A DNA stretch of 64,000 nt, from assembly GCA_025055295.1 (NCBI GenBank), contig JANWWW010000001.1, positions 1,513 through 65,512 of the forward strand, in the 5' to 3' direction. Positions 19,440 through 30,408 of the stretch are shown piece by piece (position 1 is the first letter of the stretch; the number at the start of each line of letters is the position of its first letter). The stretch comes from Deltaproteobacteria bacterium. GTDB lineage: Bacteria; Bdellovibrionota_C; UBA2361; JANWWW01. Under the pieces are notes generated by a model. That model did not search any database. It saw only the letters and a program-made list of their open reading frames with translations, and was not told the DNA's origin. Made by a program: the position numbers and the translations under genes.

Positions 19440-20015
19440 GTGTTTAGAAAACTGATTGATGTCCCGAAAGAAGTAATTATACGAGCTCAGCGAACAGCAT
19501 TTGTTTCAAAGTTCATAATACTGCGTGAGACAAAGATTTCCCCCGCTCATACTGTTATCGAAATGCTGACGTGGGAAGATAAGACAACCTATCTCGAGTT
19601 AGCGAACGCGTTTGAAAAAATTTTTAAAGTGACAGGACGAGATAAGACCTACCTTAAGGACATAAAAAAAGCGATAGAACATGCCAAGAACCTGTCTATC
19701 GCATTTGTGAATGAGTATGCCCGACGATCCGGGCTTTCTTTTCTCGAGTCGCTTATAGACTATGAGAAATCTATCTTCATACTTTTTGGACCAAATTATT
19801 TGAGCTCAATAATAGGCTGGTGTCCCGCATCAATTCTGGCCAGAAAATACGAACCAGTTCAACTGAGGAAACTATCGGAACATTTAAGGAAATTAAAAAA
19901 TTCAAGACACAAAAGAGGTAAAAATTTTCTGACTTGCTACCAAGCGGATAAACTTGTTTCCCACAAGGTTATAGGACCCCAAAAAGTTCTCGTACGAGCA
20001 AAACGGAAAGGATAA
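19440..20015 (+). CDS. Hypothetical basic protein
   Basis: 191-aa ORF, GGAG upstream; no family recognised. Confidence 0.65.
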   Translation: MFRKLIDVPKEVIIRAQRTAFVSKFIILRETKISPAHTVIEMLTWEDKTTYLELANAFEKIFKVTGRDKTYLKDIKKAIEHAKNLSIAFVNEYARRSGLSFLESLIDYEKSIFILFGPNYLSSIIGWCPASILARKYEPVQLRKLSEHLRKLKNSRHKRGKNFLTCYQADKLVSHKVIGPQKVLVRAKRKG

Positions 20016-20531
20016 AAAATCGTCGATATCAAATTTTTTAAACGCAGATCCGCACATTAAAAAATTGTTTCTGTCCCACTTGTAAGGCAAAACATCGCTT
20101 CCGAATATTTGAGTTGAAATTTTTGAAAAAGAATTCCCTATCACCATGTTTTTTTGAAGGTAATTCAGGAAAACCGCCCTTCTTACGCCCAGGGCGTACT
20201 TAAATGGGGCATGATTTAAAAGATATGAGTCACCTATCTTCGTAAATTCGCAGCCAAAGGGATCTTTTATTTGAGTCGCTCTAATGAAATTCACCTCACA
20301 GTCTAGAATTTTGACGCTACCATATTCCAAAGATTTGTATTTTCGAAGGGGAACATGTAAAGACGAAATCAAAACATCAAAACAACCTGTATTGCGGGTG
20401 TCTGCAACAACGCAAAAAATTCTAGATGGCTTAAAAACATGAAGTCTTTCAAGTTGTTTTTCCAAAAAAGAATAAACTCCCCCATTTTTGAAAAACGCAT
20501 AAAAATGAGTATGAAAATCTACCAAAACCAT
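19902..20531 (-). CDS. Hypothetical protein with PHP-like metal-binding motifs
   Basis: VDFHTH start, later D-T, H and GSD; abuts the upstream membrane gene. Confidence 0.55.
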   Translation of the reverse strand: MVLVDFHTHFYAFFKNGGVYSFLEKQLERLHVFKPSRIFCVVADTRNTGCFDVLISSLHVPLRKYKSLEYGSVKILDCEVNFIRATQIKDPFGCEFTKIGDSYLLNHAPFKYALGVRRAVFLNYLQKNMVIGNSFSKISTQIFGSDVLPYKWDRNNFLMCGSAFKKFDIDDFLSFPFCSYENFLGSYNLVGNKFIRLVASQKIFTSFVS

Positions 20532-21932
20532 TTAATTGTAGTAAATGTCACTTATTATGAATGGGTGCTCCCATTTAGAACGAAGGTCGGATATCAAAAG
20601 ACTTGTGAGGTCTTTACAATTCAGCGAGAAAGTGATCCCGCTTAACTGAGCAAGCGCAACCGAGCGGTTTTTGTCTTTTAACTGCCTTAAATTGATTTGT
20701 TTCTGACAGTTGTTGTCTGGGCTTCTAACCATCAAAATAACGGGACGGTTTAGAGGTGAGGGCCACTCAATCCTAAGATGAGACACCGAAAGAGGTCTAC
20801 GGAAAACAAAAATCGTCTCCCCTTCCCCAATTCCAGACACTTTTACATGTTCCGGAAATTTTTTGGCAAATCCCACCTTTCCCAACACAACAGAATCTAT
20901 CTCGGCTATAAGATTATATCTAGGATAAAATTGACTTTCGATGAAATACGCGTCAAGTTTTTTTTTCGAATAAACCGGAGGGTCAAAAAAAACACAAAGA
21001 GAAATTATCCAAACACAAAGAGGATATACTTTTAAATTTAGTAAAAAATAAGCATTAATTGTTAAAAAAATATAAATCCATGAATTCGGAAACACTGGAT
21101 CCAAGAGTCTTTCCAAAGCGGTCACGGGAAGCACGGGGCCAAAAGTCTCGATTTTTGAAGAAAGCGATTCAGGGACAAACAGAAGGAAGAAAAATACAAG
21201 CAATTTTTGATTTATCTTCAAATCAAGCCATCGCAACAGCAAAAGACAAATGAAGACTATTAACAAACCATACTGGGGAAATACAAAATAGGAACTTAGA
21301 ATAATAATGTAAAGTATGCTTTTTAAAGTAACGCCTTCCTGAATAGTAGTGGTTATAACTGCAAAAATTGCGAAGAAACTGAATAAACCGCCGTAATCTA
21401 TCCTTTCAAAGTCATAAAAGGATTTTGACGAAAAGTAGAGTGGATCCCACCGCAATATTGCCGGGTCAGCCGGCATCATTCCAAAAACAGGCCTAATATG
21501 AAAGACATGCATAAAAGCCGCGCAAGTAAAGATGAGTAAAAGCTCCTTGAAAACCTGATTCTTCAAAAGTTTAAAACCTAAAAAACCAAGACTTAAGCAG
21601 TAGACCAGAAAACAATTATGTCCCACTAATAAAGACGATAGAACAAGTACTACTCGCCTTAAAGGCGACAAAACAGAAACATTATATAAGTATGAAACTA
21701 CAACTATGACCAAGGGGAGTAGCGAAAAACCAAAAAGATAAATCGTAATAAAGAATGCGCTCAAACTATTCAACAAGCCTGATTTATACACAACCAGAAG
21801 AACGAAAATGAATCCAACAACAACCAACACTCCAACTTGCCAAAAAGAGTTTAGCTCGTAAAAACCGCTAAAAGTGCCGTCAAAAATTTCGTGCGTGCTA
21901 ATATTAAACAGTTCTTTTAAGAAATCTATCAT
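20532..21932 (-). CDS. Polytopic membrane protein
   Basis: Many TM helices plus soluble C-terminal domain; 4-bp overlap with the upstream gene. Confidence 0.75.
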   Translation of the reverse strand: MIDFLKELFNISTHEIFDGTFSGFYELNSFWQVGVLVVVGFIFVLLVVYKSGLLNSLSAFFITIYLFGFSLLPLVIVVVSYLYNVSVLSPLRRVVLVLSSLLVGHNCFLVYCLSLGFLGFKLLKNQVFKELLLIFTCAAFMHVFHIRPVFGMMPADPAILRWDPLYFSSKSFYDFERIDYGGLFSFFAIFAVITTTIQEGVTLKSILYIIILSSYFVFPQYGLLIVFICLLLLRWLDLKINQKLLVFFFLLFVPESLSSKIETFGPVLPVTALERLLDPVFPNSWIYIFLTINAYFLLNLKVYPLCVWIISLCVFFDPPVYSKKKLDAYFIESQFYPRYNLIAEIDSVVLGKVGFAKKFPEHVKVSGIGEGETIFVFRRPLSVSHLRIEWPSPLNRPVILMVRSPDNNCQKQINLRQLKDKNRSVALAQLSGITFSLNCKDLTSLLISDLRSKWEHPFIISDIYYN

Positions 21933-23941
21933 TTTTGAAGCGAATTAAAGATGCGTATTGAACCTCTACTACAGTTCCGGAGACCTATGAGAGTAAAACC
22001 ACTGACATCAACGGGAATTATTGCGTCGCACCCATCGACCTTTAGGTGTTTGTTAAAAGCGTACTTTACAGGTACAAACTCCTGGTCTTCGGGGAGATAA
22101 AATTCTATCTCGTTCAGTCTTACTTTAAGTGCTTCCGAGAAAGGAATTACGTGGCATGTACTCGCCCTTTTGAAAACCGAGAAGGGCCCAAAGTGAAATA
22201 CCCTTCTGTATTTATTCTTCTTAATCTTTGAGTTTTTTGAAATTATTCTTTTCCAAAAGCGTCGATTGGTAATTAAAAAATCTGGACAAATAGCGTCAAC
22301 GGCATTTTCAAACTTGTGCGTTTTCCTACCGTCCGCTACTGGCACGATCTCGATTGGTTTCCAGCTTCGATGAGTTGGGAAATAAGCAACGAACTCTTTT
22401 TTGACAAGATACGGAAGCACAGCCAGATGGCCACCGGAAAAATCATGAAGCATATGTCCAAGAAAAAGAAACCGTTTTTGATCCGAGTTGTTTGACCATT
22501 CAATAAATCTCAAATAAGGTTTTTCCAAAACCGAGAACGTGTCAAAACTGGCATTTTTAAAAACAAGTATTGTTTGTAAACACGACAATATCAACATTGA
22601 GGTAAGTAAACATTTGCAAAAATGATTTAATCTGCCAAAAATACTCGAAATATAAACAGCAGCTGGAACTGCCAAAGCAATACCCAAATGACTGGCAACA
22701 CGGGAAAGCTCAAGTTTAGGAAGGACAGAGCCAAATCCCAACGCCGCTACTAGATAACCAATTATTAGTAGCCGCACGCTATTTGACACATGTAAAAAAC
22801 CAAAAGGAACCGAGAAAAGTATTAAAGGATTTATCCCAAGAAGTGTGTTCCGTAGCAACTCTTTAATCCCATGATGAAAGACGTAGCCAGTATCTCTTGT
22901 AATTAACCATCTGTCGAAAAACTCTGAGTATATCAAGCCGTGAAAAATAGTAGCTATTGGCAGCGCTAAACTGGTTGCTAAAAGTACCACCAAGTTAATC
23001 GAAAACCCATTGAAAATAAGCACCTGAGCCAAAAGCGGAACCAAACACAGGATATTAAGAGGCCAAAAAGACCCTAAAAATAAACATATCCACAAAGCTA
23101 TTTTGCTTAAAGCAGTAGCATTTTTATTCCACGAAACTAGTATGCTCCCCGCAATCAAACAAAAATGCGCAGAAAAAATATAGCCAAGAGTTCCGTATTT
23201 TAAGCCCCAACGGAATAAATGCAAACTTGAACACAAGCCTAATATAAGAAAAATGAGCGTAGAAAATTTGTCAAATTTTAAAATTCTTGAGACTGTAAAA
23301 ACTGTCAAGAAACTCAGGACAAATACGATGAAGAAAACAAAAACATTGAAACTCTCGAACAAACCAAGAGGCCTAAAAAAATAAAATAACAATCCAACGG
23401 GAATACTCCCTGTAGCGAATATGTCAGTCCAATTAGTTCCCATATTCCAAAACGGATCATAAGAAGGTAAAAGAAAATTCGAGTTTAAAATTATGTTAAA
23501 ACGATAGTAAAAAGAGGGTAAATCATCCGAGAAAATTAATGTGTCCCCGACTGTCCTGAAATAGTTGTAACCCGAACCAAGTATTAACACTAAAACGAAG
23601 AATTTCAAAATTAGGTCTACAGGTGGTTTAAATACGAAAAACAAAGCAAGAAGGACTAAAAATTCCGCTACATAAAAGTAGTGACTAAAAAAAGCTTTTC
23701 CAGAAAACTGGTTGTGAGACAAAAGAAGTAAGAAAGGAAGAAAAATGATAGTGTTGGGACTAAAAGCAGGCTTTCCGCGCAGTAGCAGCAAACCAATTAA
23801 AATAGACAAACATCCCAGCAAACCGGTTTGACGAAACTGATCTGTAATGCCAAAGCTAAAAACTGGAAAATAAAGCCCCCCGCCCACTATTCCGTAGGTT
23901 ATTAAGCCGACTCCGATTGTCAGCAGAAATGAGCCCAGCAT
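21929..23941 (-). CDS. Polytopic membrane protein, GT-C/YfhO-like glycosyltransferase candidate
   Basis: Many TM helices; loop FSDD...YDPFWNMG; soluble C-terminal domain. Confidence 0.7.
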   Translation of the reverse strand: MLGSFLLTIGVGLITYGIVGGGLYFPVFSFGITDQFRQTGLLGCLSILIGLLLLRGKPAFSPNTIIFLPFLLLLSHNQFSGKAFFSHYFYVAEFLVLLALFFVFKPPVDLILKFFVLVLILGSGYNYFRTVGDTLIFSDDLPSFYYRFNIILNSNFLLPSYDPFWNMGTNWTDIFATGSIPVGLLFYFFRPLGLFESFNVFVFFIVFVLSFLTVFTVSRILKFDKFSTLIFLILGLCSSLHLFRWGLKYGTLGYIFSAHFCLIAGSILVSWNKNATALSKIALWICLFLGSFWPLNILCLVPLLAQVLIFNGFSINLVVLLATSLALPIATIFHGLIYSEFFDRWLITRDTGYVFHHGIKELLRNTLLGINPLILFSVPFGFLHVSNSVRLLIIGYLVAALGFGSVLPKLELSRVASHLGIALAVPAAVYISSIFGRLNHFCKCLLTSMLILSCLQTILVFKNASFDTFSVLEKPYLRFIEWSNNSDQKRFLFLGHMLHDFSGGHLAVLPYLVKKEFVAYFPTHRSWKPIEIVPVADGRKTHKFENAVDAICPDFLITNRRFWKRIISKNSKIKKNKYRRVFHFGPFSVFKRASTCHVIPFSEALKVRLNEIEFYLPEDQEFVPVKYAFNKHLKVDGCDAIIPVDVSGFTLIGLRNCSRGSIRIFNSLQK

Positions 23942-23971
23942 CGTATCGTGTTTGATTAACGGTCATATATA

Positions 23972-23980
23972 TGCTAAACT
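23972..23980 (+). promoter_or_regulatory. Extended -10 element (TGcTAAACT) 7 nt before acpP ATG; leaderless promoter candidate
   Basis: TG-n-TAAACT then tttaaat then ATG 23988; no Shine-Dalgarno. Confidence 0.5.
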
Positions 23981-23987
23981 TTTAAAT

Positions 23988-24248
23988 ATGGAAACGGTAG
24001 CTGGAACTGAAGAAATTAGTTCAAGGGTAAGGAACATCATCGCGGAACAGCTCGGTGTTCCTTTGGAAAATATTAAAGACTCGTCTAGGTTTATGGACGA
24101 TTTGGGAGCAGACTCGCTTGATATCGTTGAGTTGATAATGGCGTTAGAAGAGCAGTTTGACCTTGAAATTTCAGATCAGGAAGCTGAAAAAATTCAGACA
24201 GTTGGGGACGCTATTGAATTTATTCAAAGAAAAAAATCAGAGGCTTAG
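23988..24248 (+). CDS. acpP: Acyl carrier protein
   Basis: DLGADSLD phosphopantetheine site, [20 protein letters not shown]. Confidence 0.97.
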   Translation: METVAGTEEISSRVRNIIAEQLGVPLENIKDSSRFMDDLGADSLDIVELIMALEEQFDLEISDQEAEKIQTVGDAIEFIQRKKSEA

Positions 24249-24723
24249 TTTAGTAATCGTGATTTAGGCTAAACCACTCTAGGTAGGGTAAAAAAGCTTT
24301 GATACCTCGTTGTTAGTTAAGGCAGGTACAAGGCTGATTAATCTTTCATTCATATAAAAAACTGAAACGACCGGGCGGTTTAGTATGGTAGGAGTATGAG
24401 CCTTTTCCGAAAATTTGGCTTTAATACAATACAGGAAAAAATTTAACCTTTCTTAATAAGATACTGCTGTTACTTTATCTAAAATACCAACAAGCCAGCT
24501 AATTCATAATAAGAAAAACAGCAGACTTTTTCAAATTTCGTCAAATTTTAATTTTGGTAATCCCGAAACTTTCAAAACATAATTTCTTGTACAACCAAAA
24601 CGAAAAGCTATCTTCCAGAGTCTGAGAAAGATTGCGAGTACAGTACTAACGCTTCAAAAGTTCTGCACACTCAAATTCTTTATAAAAACTATCCAAAATA
24701 AATCTAATCAAAGCTTACGTTTT

Positions 24724-25764
24724 TCATTTTATAAAAACCCGAACGCTATTGACCTTGTTAATCCTAACGGCATACCCCAGCCTTGCTATATCTGCTATGC
24801 CGCGCGCCATAAATAGCTGATTTCCGCATCTATACTCCGCATACATTTCAAAAATTTTAGTTTCTGTGGTCGTTGAGTTGCTTAGCTTTTGTGCTATTTC
24901 CTGATTTGCAATCAACTGTTCAAGTTGTTTTAATTTCTGAAACTGATTAAAAGGGCCGTCTAAAGATACTCTAAATTCAAGAATATTTTTGAGGTCGATT
25001 GAATCAATCTGTGGTACTAGCGCCCTGATTACAAGATCAGGGGCTGAATTAATGTCTATGTTCGTTGGGTTCAATTCCGAAAGTCTTACAAATGGCATAA
25101 TTCTAACAATACGGTCTGCTGTGAAACCTGGGACACTCAGCAATTCATTAAAATCTGTAGGTTTAAAATTCCCAAATAACTCGTACCCATATTCGGACTC
25201 AAAGCCATCGCATTCGTCTAGCTTGACGGACGAGTTATCATAGTCTATGAAATCAACTAAGCTTGCTACCGTCTTGCATGAATCTAAGGCGAATTCCCTT
25301 CCTTTGTCGTCAAACCAAACCTGTCCGTCATTGTCAAAACCAAGCAGTCTGAACAACCTGATAAGCATTTCGGCTCTTTCCTGAATTACGGAAGTTAGTG
25401 GCACTACTGAGTTTAACGGAATTTTTCCTTCGGATGGAATAATTTGCAATTTAAGCTCGCAACCCTCTTCCGACAATTTTAAATCATTCCGCGCAAAAAA
25501 TTGGCTCAAATTGGCGCTTTTCCTAAAAGGTATCCATAAGTCATTGTGATAATCAATTTCGCGCGAATTGTCCTCCATCAACAACTGCTCGGCAAAATTC
25601 AAGGCTGAGTTCAGTTGCAATAAAGCTTTATTTGAATTAATATACTCAGATATTGTGAGGCTGGCATGATAGGCTTTTAGCAAGAACATAGCATAAATGA
25701 ATGAAAGAACAAGAAACAGGCTTGTAACAACCAGTAAAACCACTCCTCTCTGCGAGTATTTCAC
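24724..25764 (-). CDS. gspK: Type II secretion minor pseudopilin GspK
   Basis: QRG-VVLL prepilin cleavage site, GKI.LN, EL..VPG, IDINSAP..V..AL. Confidence 0.8.
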   Translation of the reverse strand: MKYSQRGVVLLVVTSLFLVLSFIYAMFLLKAYHASLTISEYINSNKALLQLNSALNFAEQLLMEDNSREIDYHNDLWIPFRKSANLSQFFARNDLKLSEEGCELKLQIIPSEGKIPLNSVVPLTSVIQERAEMLIRLFRLLGFDNDGQVWFDDKGREFALDSCKTVASLVDFIDYDNSSVKLDECDGFESEYGYELFGNFKPTDFNELLSVPGFTADRIVRIMPFVRLSELNPTNIDINSAPDLVIRALVPQIDSIDLKNILEFRVSLDGPFNQFQKLKQLEQLIANQEIAQKLSNSTTTETKIFEMYAEYRCGNQLFMARGIADIARLGYAVRINKVNSVRVFIK

Positions 25765-27255
25765 TTAAAATTTTCGTCCAATTACCTCAACGAAGAAAAT
25801 CGCACCGAAAGATACTGCGTAAATCACCGAATATATTATCAGTCGACCAAATGCCGAAAAATCAGACAAATCAACCGAAATTATCGAAAAGATACCAATT
25901 AAGCTCGCAAGAAGTGGCCATATCATATCAAATAGATTGCCTAAGAATGCGGATAATCCCATGGAAGCAAAACCCAAAAATAAAAAATAGAACACCGTGC
26001 TAATGCTTAGCGCAAGTGCCAAAAACTGAATGTCTTTATCAAGTTCTGTGAACCAGGTTTTTAAGGAAATACTGTTGCTTTCCAAAAGAAAAGTCGAAAC
26101 TATTAATATGACAAATACACATAATTGAAAAGCTAGAGCTAAAAGGTTAATTTTATGTTTGCCTTCTGCATAAAGGTATCGGGATATCACCAATCCGGTT
26201 ATGCCAAAAGGAAGGCCGTATAGAAGGCATCTTAAGGTCTTGGCTATACTTGCTACATTCTCTTGTGACAATGCCCATGAACCGTAAACTATACTGACCA
26301 AAAGATCAGACACCCCTATCAAAAGACCTGCAAAAAAAAATCCCAGCCTCGATGCCAAGTAAAAAGCTTTTTTTAGTATCGCTAGGTTTTCTTTCATTTT
26401 TCCTACCACGAAATATGATAGCGAAACATGAGCCAGAGAAACACCTATGATACCGTATGGTATCTGATACAGCCTGTCAGCATAGTTTAAAGTGGCTATA
26501 CTTCCCTGTTCAAAAAAGGAGGCTGTAATCGTGCTCACAAAAACAAGCAGTTGATAAAATGTTGAAATTAAAAGACCAATTGCAAAAAACCCGATGAATT
26601 CTTTACACAGACTTTTAATCTGATCAAACTTAAATGGACTAAAAAATTTTCTAAGCAGCAGCAAGCTAATGATAATGAAAACCACTGACAAAACGAAGGT
26701 TACTGTAACTAAACCTTGAAATGTTTCATAAGGCTCTTGTCTACCATAAATTAAATAAAGCGCAAAACACAAATTAAGGGCAATCTGAACAAAAGCTGCA
26801 AAACCAAATTTTTTATAGTAACTTAGAACATTATTTAGGACGAGAACGACTGTCATACATACAAGATACCAAGACACAAAACACAGACCTGACGAGGCCA
26901 AATAGTAAGTTTCTATACTAAGGCCGGGAGCAATGAGACTGATCCATGTCTTGGGGAAAACGCACATGGAAAAGGCAATTAAGCATGAACAACAAATTAA
27001 GAAAAATAAAGCAAAGGTAACATATTTTTTAAGCAAACCCGCCTGCTCCGCTTTTTTCATCACGGGAAGTAGAGCGTTTGAAGCGGCTCCTTCGGCAAAG
27101 ACACTTCTAAACAGGTTTGGTATCCTGAATGCGACCAAGAAAGCATCTGCGTAAATGGAAGTTCCAAAAACTCTGGCGAAAGCTACCTCTCGAAAGAAGC
27201 CTGTTATTCTGCTAATCGCATTAAGGCCAGTAAGTTTGAAGATATCCTTGAACAT
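25765..27255 (-). CDS. murJ: Lipid II flippase MurJ
   Basis: SRITGFFRE, ADAF.VAFRIPNLFR..FAEGA, YADRLYQ.P.G. Confidence 0.93.
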   Translation of the reverse strand: MFKDIFKLTGLNAISRITGFFREVAFARVFGTSIYADAFLVAFRIPNLFRSVFAEGAASNALLPVMKKAEQAGLLKKYVTFALFFLICCSCLIAFSMCVFPKTWISLIAPGLSIETYYLASSGLCFVSWYLVCMTVVLVLNNVLSYYKKFGFAAFVQIALNLCFALYLIYGRQEPYETFQGLVTVTFVLSVVFIIISLLLLRKFFSPFKFDQIKSLCKEFIGFFAIGLLISTFYQLLVFVSTITASFFEQGSIATLNYADRLYQIPYGIIGVSLAHVSLSYFVVGKMKENLAILKKAFYLASRLGFFFAGLLIGVSDLLVSIVYGSWALSQENVASIAKTLRCLLYGLPFGITGLVISRYLYAEGKHKINLLALAFQLCVFVILIVSTFLLESNSISLKTWFTELDKDIQFLALALSISTVFYFLFLGFASMGLSAFLGNLFDMIWPLLASLIGIFSIISVDLSDFSAFGRLIIYSVIYAVSFGAIFFVEVIGRKF

Positions 27256-28356
27256 TCACTTCATACTGCAATTTTTTGCGAGCTTGAAATACTCTGAATG
27301 AACGTCAACTCTTCTAGATAAAACGTTTTGATTGGAGTCCAGCACCTGGGAAAAAGGCATTAACTGGGTTTCTTGCCATTCCCGAAAAACAATTCCACTC
27401 AACCCCATTTCAATAAACTTCACTGCCCCCCACCCCAATGTAAATCCGTATTCAACGTCATACGCCAAAGGTCTGGCACCCCTGAGTTCAAATCCAAGAT
27501 CCTTGTGTATAAAGATTTGATCTCTGTAACTTTTTTTTAATTCATGAACAATCAAATCCCCTACCGGAAATTCTCTGTACTGGTATCTGCCAAATTGGTC
27601 TCTCGGCGCATTAGACAAAATGCTGTCATCTAATTTTGACAAAATTCCTTCCGCTACGATGTAAACACCCCAGCCTTTTCCCGCCCGCATTCTGGTTTCA
27701 ATCACGTTCATCACGGCGTCCACTACCTGAGCTAGACTGACCTGCGCCGAGAACTCCTCCGGTATTAGTAATCCCTGAGCTCCCGAAGAAATGGTAACAC
27801 CCGCAGACAAAAAACCCGTGTTTCGTCCCATGCAAGTCACGATGAACCATCGTTCAGAACTTGAAGCATCGTTTATCATGGTCTGAACCAATTCAGAACC
27901 GACATTCCTAGCAGTTGAAAAACCCAGTGTGGGCGCAAAATTTGGTAAGGGCAGATCGTTGTCGATTGTTTTCGGGCAAACAACAATATTGATATTTTCA
28001 AATCTCTGTTTTATCTGGTTTGATAGAAATGTAGAACCATCGCCTCCAATAACTACAATTCCTCGGATGGCCATTTCATCCAAAAATTCTTCAAAGTTTC
28101 TTAAAGCATGACTGTCAATCAAAGGGTTAGTTCTCGAACACAAAATGTAAGATCCACCTTGAAATTGAATTTCGCTGATAAGATCGCTGGAAAATTTTAC
28201 GACATCTCTTCTCCAGTCTTCAAAAAAGGATTTAAAACTATGCTTTAAACCCACAACTTCAACCCCTTTAATGCAACAATGATGGTAAATTCCCGCCAAA
28301 CAGGCATTAATGCCAGGCCCTGGACCCCCACTGACGAATACTCCCAAAGACTTCAC
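27256..28356 (-). CDS. pfkA: 6-phosphofructokinase (PfkA superfamily)
   Basis: SGGPGPG.N, GGS, IGGDGS, PKTIDNDL, MGR, LG.ELRG. Confidence 0.9.
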   Translation of the reverse strand: MKSLGVFVSGGPGPGINACLAGIYHHCCIKGVEVVGLKHSFKSFFEDWRRDVVKFSSDLISEIQFQGGSYILCSRTNPLIDSHALRNFEEFLDEMAIRGIVVIGGDGSTFLSNQIKQRFENINIVVCPKTIDNDLPLPNFAPTLGFSTARNVGSELVQTMINDASSSERWFIVTCMGRNTGFLSAGVTISSGAQGLLIPEEFSAQVSLAQVVDAVMNVIETRMRAGKGWGVYIVAEGILSKLDDSILSNAPRDQFGRYQYREFPVGDLIVHELKKSYRDQIFIHKDLGFELRGARPLAYDVEYGFTLGWGAVKFIEMGLSGIVFREWQETQLMPFSQVLDSNQNVLSRRVDVHSEYFKLAKNCSMK

Positions 28357-28413
28357 AATAGCTTTACGGCAAAAATTTTTTTAGAATTAATATTATCAGA
28401 CTAATTAATTTGA

Positions 28414-29148
28414 GTGCCAGAAATAAAAGTTGAAACCAATCGCTATAAGACTCGAGGACTGGCAGGGTTGATATGCTTAACCTTTGGTGAGGTTTCCACG
28501 ATTGCTCGTGTTCCGAAAGAGATTAAGCGTGCCGTTAAATCTATGAAAATAGTTCAAGATTTACTTATTACGATCTTAAACATGATGAGACAATCCAAAT
28601 TAAGGGATCGAGATTTATTTGATGCTGTCTCGTCCGCAAACACAATTTTGAACCAACTTGCTAGCACATTGGAAAATATATTGTCGTCAGGAAGAATTGA
28701 CCTAGCCATAATTTCTCAACTTGATAATGAAATCAAACAGCTTGAGCGAATAGCTAAAGGCACGGATCTTTGGAACAGGATCAAGCGTTTATTAGAGAAA
28801 CTTTGCGTTTGGATTGCAAGGTTTGAAAATGCTTTAGACGCTGTCGACGAAGAAAGTGTGCAAAATTTCAATGATCGTTTTAAATTCTCAGACGAAAACA
28901 ACAAACTCAGCTTCAGAGTAGGCGGGGAAATTTTTTCAAAAACCAAAAAAAAAGTATCAGGCTGTAAAATTTCTGGAGGGATTTTCGGCGTTGTTTTGTC
29001 CGATCAAGAAGGTAGGTATGAATTAATGATTCCTAAAGGTTTTAGATTTTTCATCTGTCCTCAGTGTTTGTCAGACCCTTTGTTTTATTCGGGGACAGCA
29101 GATAACGACCAAACGAATCTAAATTTTGATTTACTAGACACAAAGTAG
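28414..29148 (+). CDS. Hypothetical protein: N-terminal helical bundle + C-terminal carboxypeptidase-regulatory-like beta domain
   Basis: 244 aa; V.G.I...K.VSG.KI....SDQEGRY pattern. Confidence 0.65.
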   Translation: MPEIKVETNRYKTRGLAGLICLTFGEVSTIARVPKEIKRAVKSMKIVQDLLITILNMMRQSKLRDRDLFDAVSSANTILNQLASTLENILSSGRIDLAIISQLDNEIKQLERIAKGTDLWNRIKRLLEKLCVWIARFENALDAVDEESVQNFNDRFKFSDENNKLSFRVGGEIFSKTKKKVSGCKISGGIFGVVLSDQEGRYELMIPKGFRFFICPQCLSDPLFYSGTADNDQTNLNFDLLDTK

Positions 29149-30408
29149 CTTTTGAGCTACGTGTGACATACATGTCTGCGTTTTCAAAATGATTTTGTAA
29201 ATACGCCTGTTTCTATAGCAGCGATATTTCGATACACAAAGTTTTTAAAAAGTACCGTCTGAAAAGACGCAATTGGGAAAAAGATTAGTTCAACAGCAGG
29301 TAGCAACAATCAAAAAAGATTAGTCCATACTTAAAAAATGGATTTAGATGATAAGTTCTAATATGTTTTGAATAGCCCTCAAGCTTAGGATATCGTCACT
29401 TTTTATCGCTCTCGGAAAACTCTCTACCCAAGATCGTTATCTAGTGGGATAGTTCCTTTGAACACTACTTAACCCACACACTGGTTGTCACAATATTCGT
29501 CTCCCTTGCCTAAATATTTATACCTTGTTCCAGCACTGATGTTCCCATGCAAGATGGCATACTGCTCCATGACGACAGTAAAATTAATAGATAAATACCA
29601 AAGGCGTCTAGATACAATCGTTGTTTCCCTTAACGCATTTTCTTGTCAAGACCCGGCAAACTATACCTTTTCAAAATTGCGCAGATATAATCTCCCAAGA
29701 TTACATACACTTACCTTATCCATTATCATGAGCAGGTGAGTGCAGTTTCTTGATCCTCGGCTTTAAATATTGACACGTCTTGGGGGACGGGGGGGCAAAA
29801 TTAGACACGCCTCTAGAGACTTTTGCGCCATTGAAGTATTCGATAAAACCGTTACTCTTTATTAATTTCTTTAATAATTTCTTTTTATTACCTTATATCC
29901 ATTCGTAACAAGCCAGGCCGACACGCGTTATAGATGAACTATTGTTTTAAGAGTTTTACAATTATTCGAGCATACTTGAATTTAGCATGTGGGTATATCT
30001 TTCGAGACAATTTGAAATCCAAATAATTTTAGACAGATTTATTCCCAAAGCCAAGGGAACAAAAAAGTTACAAACGAATATAACTGCCCCTTAAGACTAA
30101 TCACTTCTCTGGGAATACTTTCAAAACTTTATTTAATTTCTGACTTGCATCACGTAAGATAGTACCCTTAGGACTGCACACCATCCAACTGGAATGAGCT
30201 TGTTTAATTAATTCGCTTAGTCTAGAACAAGCCTGATCGACCTTTTCTGTAATTAGTATATTAACTCCTTTTCTGGTTCCACCAAGGTATGGGCAGTTTT
30301 GTCTTCGTGCTGTATCTTGTAAAACTAGAATTTTTTCTTTATGTTTGAAAATTGTCCACTGGAAGATGGAGATCTTCAAAAATATGAGCCCTTAATAGTG
30401 ACTCGACG

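Noticed and set aside
27256..28356. Pyrophosphate-dependent PFK
   Set aside because: The motif is GGDG rather than the GGDD typical of PPi-dependent enzymes, so ATP use is more likely; not unusual.
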